Below, piece by piece: positions 61,314 to 64,000 of a stretch of DNA of 64,000 nt. Source of the stretch: Candidatus Heimdallarchaeum endolithica (lineage in GTDB: Archaea > Asgardarchaeota > Heimdallarchaeia > Heimdallarchaeales > Heimdallarchaeaceae); NCBI GenBank assembly GCA_021513715.1, contig CP084167.1, positions 1,280,001 to 1,344,000 of the forward strand. The letters are read 5' to 3'. The notes beneath the pieces are model-generated. The model had not been told where the DNA came from. It worked only from the letters and a program-made list of their open reading frames with translations, and searched no databases. Made by a program: the position numbers and the translations under genes. Numbering within the stretch: the stretch's first letter is position 1; the number at the start of each line of letters is the position of its first letter.

Positions 61314-63800
61314 TTAATTATTATCTTCATTATTTAAGTAATAATCTGGTGATGCAACAAAAGATTCTTCTGATTCTTCTCTTTCTGGCTGTGTTTCTTC
61401 TAGTTTAATTAGATCCTTATCTGTAACATCTATCAGTACTTTGTTATCATCAATTGATATCACTCTCTCTAAAGAAAATTTTGCTGGTTCAAATTTCTCT
61501 ATTGTTTCTATTGTTTCATCATAAGTATTTATTTTTCCTATTAAATTCAGAAAAGCTATTACATTATCTGGCCTTAAAGCAACTTGTGGAGCTAAACTCA
61601 GATATTTCCCGATTGAAATTGCAAGATTATCCACGAAATCTTTTCGTTCTTTTAACAGTTTTACAGGATTATCACTTATAAAAGAAGCAATCAACAGAAG
61701 ATCGATTTTTGACCAAATTAAAAGTGAAGGCTCTTTTTCAATAATAACGGTATAGATTACCCCTATTTCTTTACCTTTCACATTTTCTACAACTTTCCCT
61801 TCTAAATCGAAGATTGAATCAATTGAAAAAGAAGGAACACAAAAGGCCACTTGAATGTTATTCCCTATTATCCTTAAAGTCCCTATTGAAAAAAGAACAT
61901 ATTGCTCATTTTCTACCTCGTGAGGGAGAATCCCAGTGTTTTTTTCAACAAGTATTTTTTTTAACAGAGATGGGTCCTCAATGTCTGCTTCGCTTTTCTC
62001 ATACTCACGTGATAAATTAAGAAGTAATTTCCATTTTTTGTCATCATCAGAAGAATCTGCAAAAGTATAGTCTTCTTCCAAGTTTGATAGAAGATCGTAT
62101 ATTCTAGCATAAAATTCAGTTGGAAGTTGATTTAATTTCACAATTAAAAAGTGTCCTTTTCTAGGATGTGAAATCAAAGAATAAGCTTGCCCTATTTCAT
62201 TGTTAAAAATATCTTGTACAATCACTTTGTCATTTTCTAAAAGAATCTTATTGATATTATTACTCTTTTTTAGATCAAAGTTTGGTAAAATTTCTCCTCC
62301 TTCTTGAACAGTCTCTGTTTTAATGTGAATTTTCCTATCTCCTCTTTCAAATGCATCAATTGGTACAAAAAGTATTTTTTCTGGTTGCTTTAGGTATTTC
62401 AATAAATCTTGTGAAAGATCGAATCCTTTTTTCATGCAATAATTTGTCAAAACATCAGGAACTAAATAATTAAAAGGAACAGTAGGCAAAACAACTGGTA
62501 TTTCATTTAGCAATTCTAACTTTTTTTCTTCATCAGTTTCAACCTTTTTTATAAGAAGATTAGGGGCTACAAAGTAATCATATACTCTTCTTGCTGTAGA
62601 AAGAGAAACTTCAGTTTGTTTATATACTAAAACCCCAAAATCTTCATTAAGTTTTCCTGGACCAATCACAAAACCTATTAGTTCATTATCCTGGCTTACA
62701 GCAGGTGTGTTTATATAGTTCCATAACGAATTTAATTTCTTTATTGCTGCATAATCAAGATTTCTTGTTACAACACTTGAACACACAGTAATTTTTTCTT
62801 CAAATTTCATAGCTCGTACAAAACGATTATATTTTTCCAAATTTTTTAGAACAGATGTATTTAAATCACTGAATAAGGGAGATACCATCTCTTGGTATTC
62901 AAGATGAGATCCATAAACCTCATCTAAAGCTTTTAAATCTATCTCAAAGTCATTTAGGTCTTCTTCTAAAAGAGCAATATATATGTCCAATTGCCTTATT
63001 TTTCTTTTTAATTCATCTTTCTCTTTGTCTGATAAAGCAGAGATATTTTCTTCTTTAAATTTAAGGAATAATTCTTTTTCTTCTTTCACTCGTTCTAGCC
63101 ATTTTTTTGTTTCTTCTATTGCTTTTTGAAGAATAGGCCTATGCCTTAAAACAGAATTATTTATTTCATAAATTATACCTTTAACTTCAAATTTGTCTAA
63201 CTCTTTTCCTCGAAGTCTATTTAGATTTTCAGATAACTCATTTGTAAATAAGAGGAAATTATTGTGTGCTCTTTTAAAAATATGTTTTCTACAAAGTTCT
63301 TCTAATGAATCAGACAATTTATAATAATTTTGAAAGATTTTATGTTGTTTTGTTTCTAGTAAATTTTTTATTTCTAGATACTCTTCATTAGAGATTTTAC
63401 CAGAAATATATTCTTTTTCTGCTTCTAATTCTTCTTGGAAAATTTTAGAAGAAGCATTTAATGCCAAATGCATTACATATCTTATTCTCAATTCTTCTTT
63501 AACAACATCAGGAAGTGATGATAATGTAATTGATGGAATTTTAACTTTAGATATAACAGGACTACTAATTTCATTACTTATTTCTTCTTGAATTTTCGTT
63601 ATCTGCTCAGATTTCTGCTGCTCATCTACTTCTTTTTCTTGAACAATTTGATGAGGAAGACTTTCTAACATTTTTTGATATTTCTGTTTGAGAATTTGGT
63701 AAGTTCTTCTATCAACAGAGCCTTTAATATAACGTATATTTAGATCTCTTATTAATCGCTGAATTTTTTGTCTCTGTGAATCAATAATTACTTCTGGCAT
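61314..63800 (-). CDS. CdvA-like coiled-coil protein with three PRC-barrel-like repeats
   Basis: N-terminal YIKGSVDRRTY and YISGKISNEEY motifs in coiled coil; three PRC-like units (e.g. LEGKVVENVKGKEIGVI...FSLERVISIDDNKVLID). Confidence 0.6.
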   Translation of the reverse strand: MPEVIIDSQRQKIQRLIRDLNIRYIKGSVDRRTYQILKQKYQKMLESLPHQIVQEKEVDEQQKSEQITKIQEEISNEISSPVISKVKIPSITLSSLPDVVKEELRIRYVMHLALNASSKIFQEELEAEKEYISGKISNEEYLEIKNLLETKQHKIFQNYYKLSDSLEELCRKHIFKRAHNNFLLFTNELSENLNRLRGKELDKFEVKGIIYEINNSVLRHRPILQKAIEETKKWLERVKEEKELFLKFKEENISALSDKEKDELKRKIRQLDIYIALLEEDLNDFEIDLKALDEVYGSHLEYQEMVSPLFSDLNTSVLKNLEKYNRFVRAMKFEEKITVCSSVVTRNLDYAAIKKLNSLWNYINTPAVSQDNELIGFVIGPGKLNEDFGVLVYKQTEVSLSTARRVYDYFVAPNLLIKKVETDEEKKLELLNEIPVVLPTVPFNYLVPDVLTNYCMKKGFDLSQDLLKYLKQPEKILFVPIDAFERGDRKIHIKTETVQEGGEILPNFDLKKSNNINKILLENDKVIVQDIFNNEIGQAYSLISHPRKGHFLIVKLNQLPTEFYARIYDLLSNLEEDYTFADSSDDDKKWKLLLNLSREYEKSEADIEDPSLLKKILVEKNTGILPHEVENEQYVLFSIGTLRIIGNNIQVAFCVPSFSIDSIFDLEGKVVENVKGKEIGVIYTVIIEKEPSLLIWSKIDLLLIASFISDNPVKLLKERKDFVDNLAISIGKYLSLAPQVALRPDNVIAFLNLIGKINTYDETIETIEKFEPAKFSLERVISIDDNKVLIDVTDKDLIKLEETQPEREESEESFVASPDYYLNNEDNN

Positions 63801-63965
63801 TAAATACTAATTGTAAGTTGAATTAATTAAGGTTAACTATTCTTAAAAACAATTACAAATTAATCTGCGCATAAGAATTGTTTATCTTTTGGGGTTATCA
63901 ACTTATTCTTTAAAAATCTCTTTAGTTTTTCAAACATCTTTATTTAAACAAGTTTTTACTAAAAT

Positions 63966-64000
63966 TAGTACTTCCGCAATAAGTTGACTGATTTCTATAG
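63966..64000. mobile_element. MITE copy 2 or end of the cognate IS (truncated by window end)
   Basis: 34/35 identity to 25551-25585. Confidence 0.85.

Noticed and set aside
837-62020. Numerous 60-140-aa ORFs antisense to or nested in long genes
   Set aside because: Shadow ORFs with F/S/L/I-rich composition expected from the reverse strand of A-rich coding DNA
1-64000. tRNA/rRNA genes or prophage
   Set aside because: No cloverleaf or rRNA-like GC-rich segments and no viral hallmark genes recognised

Overview
AT-rich, gene-dense archaeal DNA, most likely from an Asgard archaeon of the Heimdallarchaeia type. This is inferred from a divergent actin-family gene, a PCI-domain protein, archaeal type II Map and DUF61, 22-aa LRR/HEAT/TPR solenoids and many bacterial-type enzymes. 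Most of the window is housekeeping or accessory: dnaK end, dnaJ, peptidases, class I GAPDH, rocD, ABC and MFS transporters, two-component proteins, TldD/PmbA and RidA. Four kinds of mobile element can be delimited from the sequence: an IS481-like element with a nonsense-disrupted transposase and a 17-bp target duplication, an intact IS5-like element, a 110-bp MITE present twice, and a 377-bp transposase-free element that splits an MFS gene. The 377-bp element has sub-terminal inverted repeats, a TATA box and a highly structured ~200-nt candidate ncRNA reminiscent of IS110/IS1111 bridge/seek RNAs. Other notable items: an operon of a P-loop ATPase, a coiled-coil protein and a 1440-aa TrmB-like protein with a ~1200-aa helical insert; a CdvA-like protein with three PRC barrels; and a CofD-like/PCI/HhH fusion. 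No rRNA, tRNA or CRISPR array was seen. All family assignments are by motif recognition, not database search.
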